A stretch of 64,000 nucleotides of DNA from Pedobacter sp. (GTDB lineage Bacteria > Desulfobacterota > Desulfuromonadia > Desulfuromonadales > Syntrophotaleaceae), in assembly GCA_050253415.1 (NCBI GenBank), contig JBFWJC010000004.1, positions 1-64,000 on the forward strand, read 5' to 3'. The position numbers and the translations under genes were made by a program. The notes under the pieces are model-generated. The model was not told the origin of the DNA, searched no databases, and saw only the letters and a program-made list of their open reading frames with translations. Below are positions 38,914 through 49,629 of this stretch, one piece after another; the first letter of the stretch is position 1; each line of letters starts with the position of its first letter.

Positions 38914-40039
38914 GGTTCCCATCCAACAGACTGGAATACAGAGTCTGATAGGCCAGAGACATTTTCCTGGCGCAGAAATATTGATCGACAAGAGCAACTG
39001 CAGCTTCGGACCGGTGTTTACGTTCAAACTTCACCAGCCGTTCCAAGCAGCCTACGAGTCCTACTTCATCGCCGACAGGAAACAATTCCCCGACCAAAGG
39101 TGAAGGCTGAACTTGTTCCCGATGGGACGGAATATCAGAGAGTGCGACCGGCAGACCACATGCCATGGCTTCCATAACGGCATTCGGCAAGCCTTCGGAA
39201 TGGGCCGCAGACACAAAATAATCAGCACCCTGTAAATACGGCCTGACATCCCCGACATGTCCCAGCAGGTGCACCCGTTCTTGTGCCAGAGCTTCCTTCT
39301 GACAGGCAGCGAATAGGGGACCATCGCCAAGAACAAACAAATGGTCTGTTGTAACGCTAGAGAACTTCCGAAACGCGCGGATAAGGGTTAAAGGGTCTTT
39401 ACGTGGCATCAAGGAACCTGAGGTTACGAAAACCCTCTTGCCTTGGCCAATTCCCCATTCGCTCCTTATCTGATGGCGCCGCGCTTGGGATGAGAGACAG
39501 AAAAACTCCGTATCTATACCATTCTGGATGACATGAACATTAAAATTTGAAGGGCCGAACAAACCAGCGATAGAATGAGAACATGGAACGACGGCATTAA
39601 ATTTGGGAAGAACAGTGCTATGTTTCAAAGCCATCCAACAGCCCAATAGCCTGCCAAATTTCATAGGATAGTCATGAAAAGGAAAATTGCGTAGAGTCGC
39701 CACGGTTGGTATGTCGCCTACCATTCCCCCGGTCAAAATATCAGGCCGAAACCCACTAGAGTGCAACAAATCGGGCTCTATACGGCTCAACACTTGGCGC
39801 AAACGCTGCGCCCCCAAGAGAATACATGCACCACGAGAGAGTCCAAGGGACTCAATCTCGACCCCCAAACCCGCTATCTCCGATTGCGCAGTATCAAGAG
39901 CTTCAGGCGATAGTGTCAAGACGAAAGGCTCATATTTTTGACGATCCAGGCCCTTAATGATATACCGCAGCTGATTAATTGGCCCACACGACTTGAGTGT
40001 TGAACAGAGATAGAGTATCCTTTTCGCTCTTTTAGACAC
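38903..40039 (-). CDS. Glycosyltransferase family 4
   Basis: IQNGID, SEGLPNAVMEAMACGLP. GTG start inferred. Confidence 0.92.
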   Translation of the reverse strand: MSKRAKRILYLCSTLKSCGPINQLRYIIKGLDRQKYEPFVLTLSPEALDTAQSEIAGLGVEIESLGLSRGACILLGAQRLRQVLSRIEPDLLHSSGFRPDILTGGMVGDIPTVATLRNFPFHDYPMKFGRLLGCWMALKHSTVLPKFNAVVPCSHSIAGLFGPSNFNVHVIQNGIDTEFFCLSSQARRHQIRSEWGIGQGKRVFVTSGSLMPRKDPLTLIRAFRKFSSVTTDHLFVLGDGPLFAACQKEALAQERVHLLGHVGDVRPYLQGADYFVSAAHSEGLPNAVMEAMACGLPVALSDIPSHREQVQPSPLVGELFPVGDEVGLVGCLERLVKFERKHRSEAAVALVDQYFCARKMSLAYQTLYSSLLDGNRES

Positions 40040-41141
40040 TAAGCACCTCAAGATACTGCTCCACTGCTTTTTCGCAAGAAAACTCCAGACCCCGATCAAT
40101 TAGAACCTGCCTTGGCAGGGGGGTGTCCAATGCCTTTGCAATTGCCTGCGCCATCAACTCCGGGTCACCAACGGGAACAAGATGTCCAAACCTGCCACCA
40201 TCCAAAATCTCTGAAGGGCCACCAGGACAAAGGGTGGCCACCACTTGTGTGCCTGCTGCCAAGGCCTCAACTATTACATTTCCAAAACCTTCCCAAGCTG
40301 AGGAAGACACAAACACCGATGCATTGGCCATATAAGGCAAGGGATTGATTAAAAAGCCAGGCATCTGAACGTCTTCCTCCAAGCCTAAAGAATGAATCAA
40401 TTTTTCGAGATCATGGCGCTTATCCCCTTCTCCAAGGATCATTAATCGTGCATTACATCGACTTTTCAGTATCCTGAATGCTCGAATCAAAGTTGGGAAA
40501 TCTTTCTGTTCGGCTAACCTTCCAACACTTAAAATAATAGGGATGTTCTTATCATGAAACCATTCATGTGATACCGTCTCTAGATATTGATCAGTCATTT
40601 TTTGAGTTACAACTGGATTATAAATGACATGAAGACGTTGCGTTGGGATAGTGCCAAGAGACAAAAGATCTTTGGCTACCCCATTTGATATCGCTATCAC
40701 ACTGTCTGCAAACGGATAAAGCCTGCCGATAAGGTATGGCGTCAAATACCGCTTCAGGCAAGGATAATGCCTCACACTTTTCCACAAGGCGTTAGCTTCC
40801 CGAACAACGAGACGCATTTCCACCCCGGACAACTTTCTTGCCGTAAGTGCAATCAGATTAGTCTGGTTCAGAGTCGAAAATAAAATCTCTGGCTGCTCCT
40901 TTTTAAGATACCGAACAAGCCCTGGGAGGCTTTTCAAAACACGGCTTACCCCAAGATCGACCACTCTCACACCATCAGGCACTTGGCTTAGATAGGGACC
41001 AACAGCCTTGGTAAGCACCAAATCGATCTGCAGTCCCCTATCAATAAAACCTTGCGCCAAATGGAGCATCATTTTCTCTGCCCCACCACCTCTAAGGGCT
41101 GGCAGAAACATAGCAAGTTTATGAGTTTGTTTAACAGCCAC
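40032..41141 (-). CDS. Glycosyltransferase family 4
   Basis: GGGAEK, VGRL..QK, WEGFGNVIVEALA. Confidence 0.93.
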   Translation of the reverse strand: MAVKQTHKLAMFLPALRGGGAEKMMLHLAQGFIDRGLQIDLVLTKAVGPYLSQVPDGVRVVDLGVSRVLKSLPGLVRYLKKEQPEILFSTLNQTNLIALTARKLSGVEMRLVVREANALWKSVRHYPCLKRYLTPYLIGRLYPFADSVIAISNGVAKDLLSLGTIPTQRLHVIYNPVVTQKMTDQYLETVSHEWFHDKNIPIILSVGRLAEQKDFPTLIRAFRILKSRCNARLMILGEGDKRHDLEKLIHSLGLEEDVQMPGFLINPLPYMANASVFVSSSAWEGFGNVIVEALAAGTQVVATLCPGGPSEILDGGRFGHLVPVGDPELMAQAIAKALDTPLPRQVLIDRGLEFSCEKAVEQYLEVLSV

Positions 41142-41197
41142 TAAATATCCTCAGAATCCTAGGTACAAGTACATAGCTCAATCTTAAGTAAGAGGGT

Positions 41198-42169
41198 TTA
41201 GTTTAAAAACAGATCCTTCATGGCACTTTTCCAGCCGCTAAAGAACCGATACCCACCACGACTGAACAAGGAAAGAACAGGCCAGAAGCGCATCAATCTT
41301 CGAATTGCCAATATTTCAGCACGAGAAGCTGCACTCTCCCTTCGCTGCCCTTCTTCTTTAATCACTCTATCAATGTGCTCAGGCGAAGTAAAATTACGCT
41401 CAATGAGGGCAGTACGATTTGCCTGCAACCATCCGTAGAATTGAGAAATTTGCCCAATATGAAGAGCTGTTTTATGTTTAACTCGTTCGGAGTGGAAATA
41501 CCTAGATGTGGTTATAAAATCAACATTCAAGCTTCCTGTTGTCGTTACATTAGAAGAATGACGACGATACTTTGATAGCACTTCACAAATGATGCGCTTT
41601 TTACCAATAGCCCCAGCACAGCAGTGAAGCCAGAAATCATGCGCTACATTACATTCACTTGGTATTGGAAGACATAATTGCAGAAAAGGGCGCCGAATAG
41701 CTGTCGCCATACCAACTACGTAGCAACGCTCTAAGTCAAAAACCTTGTGCATCCGTTCAATTTTCGTTTGACCAATCGGCGTCAAGTCGCCTCTACAATA
41801 TTCAAGATCATGAATTAAAAGTTGAATTTCTGGATCATCAGCAAAAAAGGATACAACCCTCTTAATTTTGTTTGATAACCAAACATCGTCCTGGTCACTT
41901 AGAAAAATAATATCACCGGTACAATACTGAAGTGCCTTCGAAAAATTCTGCGCATAACCAATTTTAATTTTATTTACAAAAATTTTAATTTCAAATTGAG
42001 CAATATCTGCGAACTTTCTTACAATATCAACGGTTGAATCTGTAGAGCAATCATCGCAAATAATCAGTTCGTCTGGCTGTTGTGTTTGCTCTATAAAGCT
42101 GCACAATTGTTCGCGAATATACTTTTCACCATTGAATGTTGCAAGCGCTATTGATATACGTTTTTGCAT
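41198..42169 (-). CDS. Glycosyltransferase family 2
   Basis: ATFNGEKYI.EQL, DDCSTD, SDQDDVW, HD.W. Confidence 0.92.
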   Translation of the reverse strand: MQKRISIALATFNGEKYIREQLCSFIEQTQQPDELIICDDCSTDSTVDIVRKFADIAQFEIKIFVNKIKIGYAQNFSKALQYCTGDIIFLSDQDDVWLSNKIKRVVSFFADDPEIQLLIHDLEYCRGDLTPIGQTKIERMHKVFDLERCYVVGMATAIRRPFLQLCLPIPSECNVAHDFWLHCCAGAIGKKRIICEVLSKYRRHSSNVTTTGSLNVDFITTSRYFHSERVKHKTALHIGQISQFYGWLQANRTALIERNFTSPEHIDRVIKEEGQRRESAASRAEILAIRRLMRFWPVLSLFSRGGYRFFSGWKSAMKDLFLN

Positions 42170-42227
42170 TCATTTTACCGAATTCTAATCAACATAAATG
42201 CTATTATCATTTTGATGAAATTCTGAT

Positions 42228-43376
42228 TTAATCGAAAATACACTTATGAAGTTCATTGAGATACGCGGTTCCCCAGCGCTCACATGGCTCGAGATGATTT
42301 CCCTCTGCCCATTCATTCCAAGCATTGACAAATAAAAAACGTTCTGGAACCAAAGACCAGTCGGTGACCTTAATTTTCCCTTCAACCCATCTTCTAAAAT
42401 GTTCTGGTGTTGACTGGTCTAGTATCAAAGCAGTGTCTTTCAATCTTCTGGCAGAGTTATCCCAACCAGGGCATACACCAGGAAAAATTGGTTGCCCATC
42501 TTGAAAGTCAAAAGCCAGGTCATTATTAACAACATCAGTATATCTGTGAATTTTATCAGGCGGCTTTAGCCCCAAATGAAATCGTTTCCTAATCCACCGA
42601 TAATAATTACTCGGGTAAAAGTATTTGGGATATTTACGGCCTTCAGCCTTGTCCAACCTACGGAATTGCCTTGTCAATGGCTGGAACTCAATACCTGCAT
42701 CAAAAACCGAAAAGGCTCTTTCAAAATCAGCAGAGGTACCTAGACCACGTTCAAATCGGCACAGATAAACGTTGATACCATTATTTATCAATTCGCGCCT
42801 AAATGCTTTTATGCAAAGATCAACGTTTTCAATTTCCTGATCTTTGTAGATTGCGAAAACAGGCCGGCCATCAACCTTGATATATCGGGGGTCTTTAAAA
42901 TATTTCACCAAGTGGCGTGCATGGGCAACAAAATCATCGACTGAATAACTCTGTCCTAGAAGAACTTTATTGTAGCCGCCGTCCCAGTTTCGAGACCAAT
43001 TTTCATTCGCCCAACATAGCATAAAAGGGAAATCTGGCTTCCCGGAAGCTAAAATTTCATCGACAGGCCTTTCAAGCAACCTACGACCATTAAACCAGTA
43101 GTGATAGTAGCAAAACCCGTAGATTCCAAATTTTTTAGCCAAATCGGCTTGTGCCTCGCGAGTTTCAGGAAGACGCAGATCATAAAAGCCGAGGTCCCGT
43201 GGCAGATGCGGCTGGTAATGCCCACGAAAACGAGGCTTGGCTTTAACAACATTCGACCACTCAGTAAACCCCTCACCCCACCACTGGCTATTTTCAGGAA
43301 CGGGATGGAACTGTGGAAGAACCAGAGCAATCGGTTTAATTTTCTCTTCACGATAAGGCATAACTAATATCGACAA
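42228..43376 (-). CDS. WbsX/GH99-like glycan biosynthesis protein
   Basis: LPQFHP.PEN..WWG.GFTEW, LGFYDLR, FCYYHYWF, NAWNEWAEG.HLEP. Confidence 0.9.
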   Translation of the reverse strand: MSILVMPYREEKIKPIALVLPQFHPVPENSQWWGEGFTEWSNVVKAKPRFRGHYQPHLPRDLGFYDLRLPETREAQADLAKKFGIYGFCYYHYWFNGRRLLERPVDEILASGKPDFPFMLCWANENWSRNWDGGYNKVLLGQSYSVDDFVAHARHLVKYFKDPRYIKVDGRPVFAIYKDQEIENVDLCIKAFRRELINNGINVYLCRFERGLGTSADFERAFSVFDAGIEFQPLTRQFRRLDKAEGRKYPKYFYPSNYYRWIRKRFHLGLKPPDKIHRYTDVVNNDLAFDFQDGQPIFPGVCPGWDNSARRLKDTALILDQSTPEHFRRWVEGKIKVTDWSLVPERFLFVNAWNEWAEGNHLEPCERWGTAYLNELHKCIFD

Positions 43377-44533
43377 CCTTTTAAAATGCCGTTAATGATG
43401 TTACTTATCCTTTCAGTTCCGGCTGTGATATCATGACGATCACGGACCTTATCGGCGGCGCGCTCCCCTAGACATCTCAACAAAGAAGGATCAGCACAAA
43501 GACTGACAATCTTTTCGGCCATGGCCTCCAAATTAAGGTAGGGAACAATAAATCCAGCGTCATTTTCTACGAATTCTGGCATCCCACCCGCATCAGCAAA
43601 ACAGAGAATAGGTTTTCCAAAGGCCGCGGCTTCTAAACAAACAAGAGGAAAGGGATCCTCCCGCGACACCATTGCAAAAACGTCTCCAGCAATGAAATAA
43701 TCAAGGGGATTGTTTACTTGGCCAATAAATTGAATAAGGCCTTTCAGTCCCATCTGCTGTATTTGAGTATGAATGTTGCCTTTTTCCCTCTGGTTTTCCC
43801 AGCCGCCGACCCAAAGAAAGTGTACCGGCCTGTCAACAACGGATTTACTAACTAGGGCAGCCAACCGAACAAAGAGGTCCTTCCCCTTCCGCCAAGTTTC
43901 TTGTCCTGAGCCAAGAACTACAAAAGCACTTTCCGGAATACCAAGTTTCTGTCTGATCCCTGTCGGGTCCGCGGTAATCCCACATGCATGAATAAAGCTG
44001 TGCATAACGTCGATTTTTCCGGAAGCGATTGAGTACTTGCCAACAAGATTTTTTTTAACGGCTTCCGAGGCAGCAATATAATGGGTAGAGTACCTTCGCA
44101 CCTGATCAAGGTTAGTACTACCTGACCTTTCAATCCAATAGTCGAGTTCGTGAACATGGGTTAGTACTGGACAACCGAGAGGTGTCAACGTTTTAAGGAT
44201 GTCACCATTAGTGATGGTATTGGAATAAATCAGCTTTACCCCGGAGTCTCGAAATCGTTTTACCAATTGCCTGTGATGCCATGCGGCAAGAAAGTGACTC
44301 AGCCCTGGGATTCGGGAAACGCAGGCCCTGCCTCTACCTGATGTAATACGATTCTCATAAAAATATGTTGGGGCAATAGCGGAAAATTCTTCCTGAAGGG
44401 GTCCTGGGCCGCGCAGCAAGATCTCAAAAGAGAGATTAGAGTTCTTCTTGAACCACCTCAGCAGGTTAAGCAGCATTAAGGGAGCGCCAGTGCGGCAAGC
44501 GCTATGGCTTATGAACAATATGTTGTTTTGCAT
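43364..44533 (-). CDS. Glycosyltransferase family 4
   Basis: TGAP, HVHE, WRKG.DLF, SREDPFPLVCLEAA. Confidence 0.9.
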   Translation of the reverse strand: MQNNILFISHSACRTGAPLMLLNLLRWFKKNSNLSFEILLRGPGPLQEEFSAIAPTYFYENRITSGRGRACVSRIPGLSHFLAAWHHRQLVKRFRDSGVKLIYSNTITNGDILKTLTPLGCPVLTHVHELDYWIERSGSTNLDQVRRYSTHYIAASEAVKKNLVGKYSIASGKIDVMHSFIHACGITADPTGIRQKLGIPESAFVVLGSGQETWRKGKDLFVRLAALVSKSVVDRPVHFLWVGGWENQREKGNIHTQIQQMGLKGLIQFIGQVNNPLDYFIAGDVFAMVSREDPFPLVCLEAAAFGKPILCFADAGGMPEFVENDAGFIVPYLNLEAMAEKIVSLCADPSLLRCLGERAADKVRDRHDITAGTERISNIINGILKGCRY

Positions 44534-44550
44534 AAATTTTTAATAAATCC

Positions 44551-45945
44551 TTAAATAATTTTTGTCTGTTTATGCAGAATTTTCTTCAATATTTTCTTTG
44601 GGATCTTTCTAGCGAAAGTGAGCCAGTCTTTTAGTGAAAGATCCGCTTTATGCAATTGCGCAGGCCTCAAAGCCAAGAACCGTGAAATTATGGAAAGTTC
44701 GTCTAAATACATAAATTTATTTTTTTCCGAGATAGATGGTTGCGGAAAAGGGATATCACCAATGCCCTTAACCCCAATACGGTTTAATTCATATGATGGA
44801 GAAAATAGATAACCAAATAAAAGTTTGGAAAAAAATAGATCATCTTTTTGAGGAATATTTTTTTTAGCAAGAAATATCAAACTTCCAAGACTCTTACTAA
44901 GATCACTTGTATTTTCAACCTTTATAACGAATCGATTTTTTTCAAGAATCGACTGTCCAAGGATCAAAACGGGCTTACCCAAAAGAGCCGCTTCTACTGC
45001 TGAAGAAGAATTAATTGACACAACAGCATCCGAATGCTCTATACAATCAAATATATGGGCTTCTTCAACCCACCTACCAGAGGCCATGGGTAACCCCTTA
45101 AAGGAGCCTGCATCTTCTTGCATCGGATGTTTTTTTGCTAATAGAAAAATATCCTTTGAATATGGAATTAAAGATTCTACGAGATGGTAATAAGCATCGA
45201 AGACTGATGGGTAAAGAGGAGAAAAAATTTTTGAATTGGAATCCTTATCAACCTGAGAAGGGAAAAAAAGAATTACCTTGTCTTTCGGTATTCCAAACTT
45301 GTTTAGAAAACCGGCCCGACTTGCAATCCTCCCAGGCTGCCCCCAATTGCTTTCCCCAGTGGAGATGTAATGTTCTGAAAACCGTTGAATTCTCTGTAAC
45401 TCGATATCGGACTTAATTTTCTCAAAATGGGCAACAAAGGATGAACGGTAATTTATACCCATTTCATCAAAAGAGAACGTTCCTGCCAAAGGACCACGTT
45501 CTACAAAATATCGTTTAATACCTGAAGATTCGGCTACTTGTGCAAGAGCTACTTCAGGTAGATGAAAGCCATTCCAGATATAAACAGCTGATGGCGTGTA
45601 GAGTTTAAGTATTGAAATCCAATAAAGCAACCAAGAATACGCTACCTTCCTAGATCGAACAGGGTCATACATTTGCCATATTTTGTCGTATTCAGAAATC
45701 TTATCAACGATATCTGGATACTGAAAGTCACAATCATCAAACAAATCAATAAAAAGGTTTTTTCCATAACTCAATTTGACAATATTTAATATTTTTAAGC
45801 TAGGACTCTCCACTGGAGTAAAGAAAATAAAATTGAAGTCTTGTTTATAACGGTCATATAGTGAATTCCATAAATCCACCTCGCTCTTGGAGAGAGAGGC
45901 ACAATTAAGTATTATAATATTACATTTCTTAAATTCACTATTCAT
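44551..45945 (-). CDS. KpsS/LipB-like polysaccharide biosynthesis protein
   Basis: WNG, ERGP, QV..DS, KKHP, INSSSAVEA.LLGKPV motifs. Confidence 0.7.
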   Translation of the reverse strand: MNSEFKKCNIIILNCASLSKSEVDLWNSLYDRYKQDFNFIFFTPVESPSLKILNIVKLSYGKNLFIDLFDDCDFQYPDIVDKISEYDKIWQMYDPVRSRKVAYSWLLYWISILKLYTPSAVYIWNGFHLPEVALAQVAESSGIKRYFVERGPLAGTFSFDEMGINYRSSFVAHFEKIKSDIELQRIQRFSEHYISTGESNWGQPGRIASRAGFLNKFGIPKDKVILFFPSQVDKDSNSKIFSPLYPSVFDAYYHLVESLIPYSKDIFLLAKKHPMQEDAGSFKGLPMASGRWVEEAHIFDCIEHSDAVVSINSSSAVEAALLGKPVLILGQSILEKNRFVIKVENTSDLSKSLGSLIFLAKKNIPQKDDLFFSKLLFGYLFSPSYELNRIGVKGIGDIPFPQPSISEKNKFMYLDELSIISRFLALRPAQLHKADLSLKDWLTFARKIPKKILKKILHKQTKII

Positions 45946-45977
45946 TTTAAATTAGAGCAATCTGTTTAAGGTGTTTA

Positions 45978-48689
45978 TTAAACCATATTATGAACATTTA
46001 AAAACTTAAAAATAGCTTCACCTGATCTTTTTTTTAATTTCTTAACATTTTCCTCAATGCAACAAGAAAAACTATCTCTTTGAAAAAAGACATCTCCTAT
46101 CTTTTCAATAACATTCTTCTCGAGTTGTTCAGGTCTTACTTTAACAAGTAGATCTTCCTGATCGAAAATTTTCATTGCACCGTAGTTTTTATGATGGTAA
46201 TAATCATCGAAGACCATTGATACGGTTGGCACGGCAGCGGCCATAGCAAAGATAATTGGGTGATGTTTCATCGTTAAACAGAGATGTGCACCTTGTATGA
46301 GACCAACAGCCAAGTCTGGGTGGTACTTATGCTTCGGAAAAATACTGGGAACTGTCATGGCATGACGAACTGCCTCGGTGGAAGATTCATCCGATATGAC
46401 CATGGGAACAAATACAATTTGAACACCAAAATTTTTATAGACCCAATCAAGAGCCCTTGCCAGGTTTTCCGTGATCATTCTGGACGTTTCTGAATCCTGG
46501 CCCCAATAGTGTACATTTACGGCCAGATAAGGTTGACCAATATTCAAACCACTATCTGCTAACAAGGATAAAACTTCGTTTTTTTCAGCCGCCTTAAAAA
46601 ATAGCGCATCATCAAATGTGATTTCTACTTTTTCATTCAGCATACCGATATCAGCGAGATCCTTGGGTGAGTCAACACCATCACGAAGGTAAATCAAAGC
46701 AGCTTTTTTCAAACCCCACTTAGCCAAAAACCGGCTTACTTTATCCTGAAAAACCCCGATAGTCTGTCCAGAGAGAATTACCGGCACGTCCAACGCAGAA
46801 GCAAGACGGATCAACAACATGTTGTCCCATAACCGCGTAAGAGTCATACCCGTTAGATAGCCACCACCAGAAAGGAACAACACGTCTGAATCGTTGAGTT
46901 CGTTAAGCAGCCTCGCCTGTGCTGAGGTCAGACCAACTATCGGCAATCCTGCCCGCACCAGACAGGCATTAAAAAGACTGATAGCGGCCACCAGCGGATA
47001 AAGAACCTTGAATATTTTCTGAGAACCAAAATATTCCTGTCCCCCCAGAGTAAAAAGAGACTTCCTCGGCGCAAGTTCAACCTTAACCGAGCCATGCATA
47101 TTGCTGGTGTATTCCCGGTTCGGAGTTAGAACGGTTAACCTGCAGCCAGGTGACAACCGTCGCCAGTGTTGCAGATTAGCCGCGAGTTGCGCTTCGTCGC
47201 CGACATTGCCGTATCCGTAACCACCCGCTATCAAAACTCTGAGGCGGCTAATATCAACGGAGCGCTTTGCCTGCCGAACTCCGAAAAAGAAAAGAACCGA
47301 CATCACAGCAGGACGAGCTACCTTTAACCATAATCGTTCCATAACCCTATTAATTCGCCGGAAGAATTTTTTCACAACCGTTCTATTCCAAGTTAATGGA
47401 CTTACCAACAAAAGCAAACCTGTTACCGGTACATTGCCTAGTCGGAAATAGAAGAAATTCGACAATTTCATCAACAACCAGAGCCGCCAGTATTCATGAG
47501 TCTCCCTTGAGAACCATTGACGGTTCCAACCCAGCGAGTCATAGTTCTTGTCCAGTTCCTGCTTGATACTTTTTTTCCAGACGAGTCGATAACGGACCTT
47601 CTCGTGCTTGAAAATGGGCGTCGCAATTTGCGAATTAAAGACTTCATCGATATCGCACTCTTCAAGAAATAATCGGTTAACATTTTTCAACTGGGTCAAG
47701 TGCTTTAAAATCTCGCGATTATTGACGACCAACAGCGAGGACCCGAGAGGGTCGGCACTCAAACGGCCCCAGGCATCTTTGATTGAGATATCCGCATCAA
47801 CCCCGTAGAAATCGGCGCAATACAGGCAGCACTCTTGGGCAAAGAAATAATTGCGCCACATCTTCGTAAAGGCGGTGGCAAATCGGTTTCTTCTTATTTC
47901 CCGGTCGGGTAGGATAAAAAGATTATTAAAATTGTTGGCATCCGGTATTCCCATCTTGTCACGGGTTCGGATAGTATAACGTACATCCTTCTCAATACCC
48001 TCTTTGACGGCAAGGCAGTCAGAGAAGGCCCCTGTCACACTCTTTCCACAAACAAGACCGAATTTGTACTTAATTTTCCCCCTTATCCCTGAAGGAAGCC
48101 GGGCTAACCCACGTAGCACGCAAGGAACGCCCACAACTGCAAACGAGCCCGGACATTCAGCAATCTCGCGAAGAACTTTATCATAACTCGGTGTATGATA
48201 ATGGGAACCTCTACCCTGATAGAGTTCCTCAACCGAGCGGAAAATCTTCATTTCAAAATGCGGAGTCCCCACAGAACCTGACAGCGGCAAGACAGCCATG
48301 ACACCATCAACGGCCCCGGAGGTGAGTAGGTGCTCAAGCAGTGCACTGGTCACCCCCCCAGAAGCGGAACGAATTCTCCTAGACGCATCCTTATCGTAAG
48401 CAATAAAGTATTTCGACTCCGCCGCAAGCCCGAACCTTGCGCCCTGAGCCTGCGCGGCAGCCGCGTATTCCATAATGCACTGGGGAGAGTTTGGACAAAC
48501 TTTGCGGCAACTGCCACAATTGATACAGCCTGCTTCATCAACTACTGGTTGCCACGTCAGATTTTCTTGCCAAACCATGCCAATCATTGTTTTCGGACAG
48601 ACGGCGCAACAGAGACCACAACCGACACATAGGTTGCTGAGAACAATATCACTGATATTCAAAATGGCCCTATCAGACGGCATGCTCAA
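45978..48689 (-). CDS. Fusion: 4Fe-4S/FrhB-like oxidoreductase + polysaccharide pyruvyltransferase-like domain
   Basis: Two CxxCxxCxxxCP motifs, SASGG, GVPC, C..C.D...ADIS..DAW; C-terminal GYGYGNVGDEA, GGG, GQTIG, LRD..S. Confidence 0.85.
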   Translation of the reverse strand: MSMPSDRAILNISDIVLSNLCVGCGLCCAVCPKTMIGMVWQENLTWQPVVDEAGCINCGSCRKVCPNSPQCIMEYAAAAQAQGARFGLAAESKYFIAYDKDASRRIRSASGGVTSALLEHLLTSGAVDGVMAVLPLSGSVGTPHFEMKIFRSVEELYQGRGSHYHTPSYDKVLREIAECPGSFAVVGVPCVLRGLARLPSGIRGKIKYKFGLVCGKSVTGAFSDCLAVKEGIEKDVRYTIRTRDKMGIPDANNFNNLFILPDREIRRNRFATAFTKMWRNYFFAQECCLYCADFYGVDADISIKDAWGRLSADPLGSSLLVVNNREILKHLTQLKNVNRLFLEECDIDEVFNSQIATPIFKHEKVRYRLVWKKSIKQELDKNYDSLGWNRQWFSRETHEYWRLWLLMKLSNFFYFRLGNVPVTGLLLLVSPLTWNRTVVKKFFRRINRVMERLWLKVARPAVMSVLFFFGVRQAKRSVDISRLRVLIAGGYGYGNVGDEAQLAANLQHWRRLSPGCRLTVLTPNREYTSNMHGSVKVELAPRKSLFTLGGQEYFGSQKIFKVLYPLVAAISLFNACLVRAGLPIVGLTSAQARLLNELNDSDVLFLSGGGYLTGMTLTRLWDNMLLIRLASALDVPVILSGQTIGVFQDKVSRFLAKWGLKKAALIYLRDGVDSPKDLADIGMLNEKVEITFDDALFFKAAEKNEVLSLLADSGLNIGQPYLAVNVHYWGQDSETSRMITENLARALDWVYKNFGVQIVFVPMVISDESSTEAVRHAMTVPSIFPKHKYHPDLAVGLIQGAHLCLTMKHHPIIFAMAAAVPTVSMVFDDYYHHKNYGAMKIFDQEDLLVKVRPEQLEKNVIEKIGDVFFQRDSFSCCIEENVKKLKKRSGEAIFKFLNVHNMV

Positions 48690-49617
48690 TTCCAGGTCTT
48701 ACGGATTTCCTGATTACAACCGACAGATGCGTCCCCCCGGCAATTTTTGCGGTTACCATATCCCCGAAAAATGACCATATTTTCTGAGCAAGCGTTTTGG
48801 TTGAAAAATATGGAGAGTAAACCGAATCCGTCAGAGGGAAAATGGCAATCTCCGAATGTATATGATTCTCCTCCAGAAACATCCGCATCCCCTTTCGGGA
48901 AATAGCCCAAAGATGTCTTGGTGGGTCTAGACCATGTAACATTTTTCCGGTTAAAAGTTTCAACTTAACCCTTGAACTTGAGAGTCCACTTGCTATGCTG
49001 ATTTTCTTCACCCGATCTTTCAAATTCAAGTAAGGATAAGCAAAATACTCCAAAGAATCTCCGTTTGGGCAAATGACCAGAAGCGTTCCGCCCTCTTCCA
49101 GAAATTCGGTTAGCTTAAGGATAAAAGCTGCAGGATCAACCAAGTGTTCAATAAGATGCCGGCACATGATAAAGTCGTACTTGTGTTCACCGGCATTCAG
49201 CATTGCAGCGTCTTGGTTCAATACATTTTTCAGCCCAACCTTCTCCTTGGCAAAACTGCACGCCTCACTGTCGAGGTCAACATAGGTGCTCATGCCGTAA
49301 CCTGATACTTCAAACGCTTTTGCATAAAAACCACCACCGCCACCAACATCAAGCATTTTAAGGCGACCGGTCTTCGGCAAATTGAGCCCTAAAAAGAGCT
49401 CTGTCCCTGTTTTTAATATGCAATGCAGATTCCGAAGGTCTGCACAAAAAAGGAATCCCTTGTAGAACTCCAGTAATTCTTTGTCATTAGGCATTGGGTA
49501 AACCTGCCCTGTACCACAACCGCCACACTGTAAAACATCATATTCACTCATTTGATAAACGGGTGAGGTAGAACCCTGACAAAATGGGCATACAGGATAC
49601 TGGTGTAGGGTATTCAT
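48673..49617 (-). CDS. Class I SAM-dependent methyltransferase
   Basis: N-terminal CxxC...CxxC, LDVGGGGG, HLIEHL.DP, PPRHL. Confidence 0.88.
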   Translation of the reverse strand: MNTLHQYPVCPFCQGSTSPVYQMSEYDVLQCGGCGTGQVYPMPNDKELLEFYKGFLFCADLRNLHCILKTGTELFLGLNLPKTGRLKMLDVGGGGGFYAKAFEVSGYGMSTYVDLDSEACSFAKEKVGLKNVLNQDAAMLNAGEHKYDFIMCRHLIEHLVDPAAFILKLTEFLEEGGTLLVICPNGDSLEYFAYPYLNLKDRVKKISIASGLSSSRVKLKLLTGKMLHGLDPPRHLWAISRKGMRMFLEENHIHSEIAIFPLTDSVYSPYFSTKTLAQKIWSFFGDMVTAKIAGGTHLSVVIRKSVRPGIEHAV

Positions 49618-49629
49618 CGTTCATTATTC

